A DNA stretch of 64,000 nt from Raillietiella orientalis (Eukaryota), in contig JAYWIR010000028.1 in assembly GCA_036172245.1 (NCBI GenBank), forward strand, positions 558,001 to 622,000, read 5' to 3'. The position numbers were made by a program, and so were the translations under genes. This document shows, one piece after another, positions 63,140-64,000 of this stretch. Each line of letters begins with the position of its first letter. The stretch's first letter is position 1. The notes below the pieces were generated by a model. That model had not been told where the DNA came from. It searched no databases and saw nothing but the letters and a program-made list of their open reading frames with translations.

Positions 63140-63760
63140 TTCAGCATCATGCCGAACCATCTAATCTGAAGAGGGGTAATGCAACCCTCCCTCATCCGCT
63201 GGATTTCAGTAAACTACTGGATTCTAAAGTGCATTCTTGAAACCCTGTTCTCGCTGCATCCCGGGATCCGTATCTCAATCTCAGATGATCCCTTGAGCTT
63301 GCTTTTCCATCGTCTTTTTCTAAACTTTCTTTTCTTGTTAGAGAACGACGGTGCAGTATCTGTCCTGGGTGAGCGGTTTCTCAGGATCGGACTCACAACT
63401 CTCACTACATTTTAGTGATGTGCTACCATTGGTCAGATGAAGATCGAGAGCAGTAATTAAAGGTCCTCAATTCCTTAATGGTTATTGGCGTACTTTCGCT
63501 GAGATCTCATTCCCTTTGCGCGTGAACGGGAAACCAAATCCTACAAAGATAATTTTCGATGCAGTTCATCATTTTCCTGCTCTGAATTTCATGGTGATTT
63601 GAAAAAATGGGAAGCAAAAACATTTCTAGACAGAGATACGAAAAACCATTTTCTGGATGTTGGAATTTTCTGGATTCTGTTCATTTGCTCAAAATCAGAG
63701 CATTGCTCACACTGCAGCTTTCGGTCCACGGACTCAACGATATATTTGAAAAACGTGGGA
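63140..63760 (+). pseudogene. rep: Degenerate gemini-like Rep (HUH plus SF3 helicase)
   Basis: TLPH, LHPGI 63254-63268 and LENDGAVSVLGE near 63341 (compare YIDKDGD...WGE). Helicase: VIKGP...YWR from 63453, IIFDAV 63549-63566, EFHGDLKKW from 63584 (compare EFMGAQRDW), RYEKP and GIFWILFIC 63662-63688. Confidence 0.65.
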
Positions 63761-64000
63761 TGGGAAACGCCGGACTCCACGTCGGTTCAATGCGTTCCCT
63801 ATAGCGAGTAATCGGAAAGGAAGTTTATCAGTGGATTTGGCAAAGCCAAAGCTCGACTATATGTTCGCGGACCCACGTCCGAATTCTTTGTGTTGTTCTC
63901 TGAGAGGAAGCCAACTCTCATTTAGGGGAAGCGGGAGAACAAACTCGAGAAATCCCCTGAAAATTCCAAGTGTCAGACCAAGAAGCCTAATAAGAAGCTC

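Overview
This is eukaryotic, repeat-derived DNA with microsatellites, long homopolymer runs and at least one spliceosomal-type intron. I could not support any intact host gene, rRNA, tRNA or CRISPR array. Two kinds of decayed mobile DNA dominate. (1) L1/Tx1-type non-LTR retrotransposon remnants: one 5'-truncated RT-to-3'-end copy at about 52.6-54.7 kb, three more 3' ends, RT and endonuclease fragments, and many gag-like ORF1 fragments across the GC-rich 12-50 kb stretch. (2) The main signal: roughly 15 heavily frameshifted, stop-riddled remnants of a geminivirus/genomovirus-like (CRESS DNA virus) Rep gene, with HUH endonuclease motifs I/II/III and SF3 helicase Walker A/B/C. They lie on both strands and are almost back-to-back in the first 11.5 kb. 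In about seven loci two HUH domains appear in tandem, in most cases followed by one helicase, and in one copy a GT-AG intron with a CTAAC branch point sits in the linker between them. I recognised no capsid gene and no TAATATTAC-type origin. My inference is an amplified, possibly capsid-less, double-HUH Rep element. All Rep calls come from motif matching by eye across frameshifts. The strongest copies show several motifs in the right order and spacing, the weaker ones may be over-reading, and all need profile-HMM confirmation. Coordinates of decayed elements are approximate.
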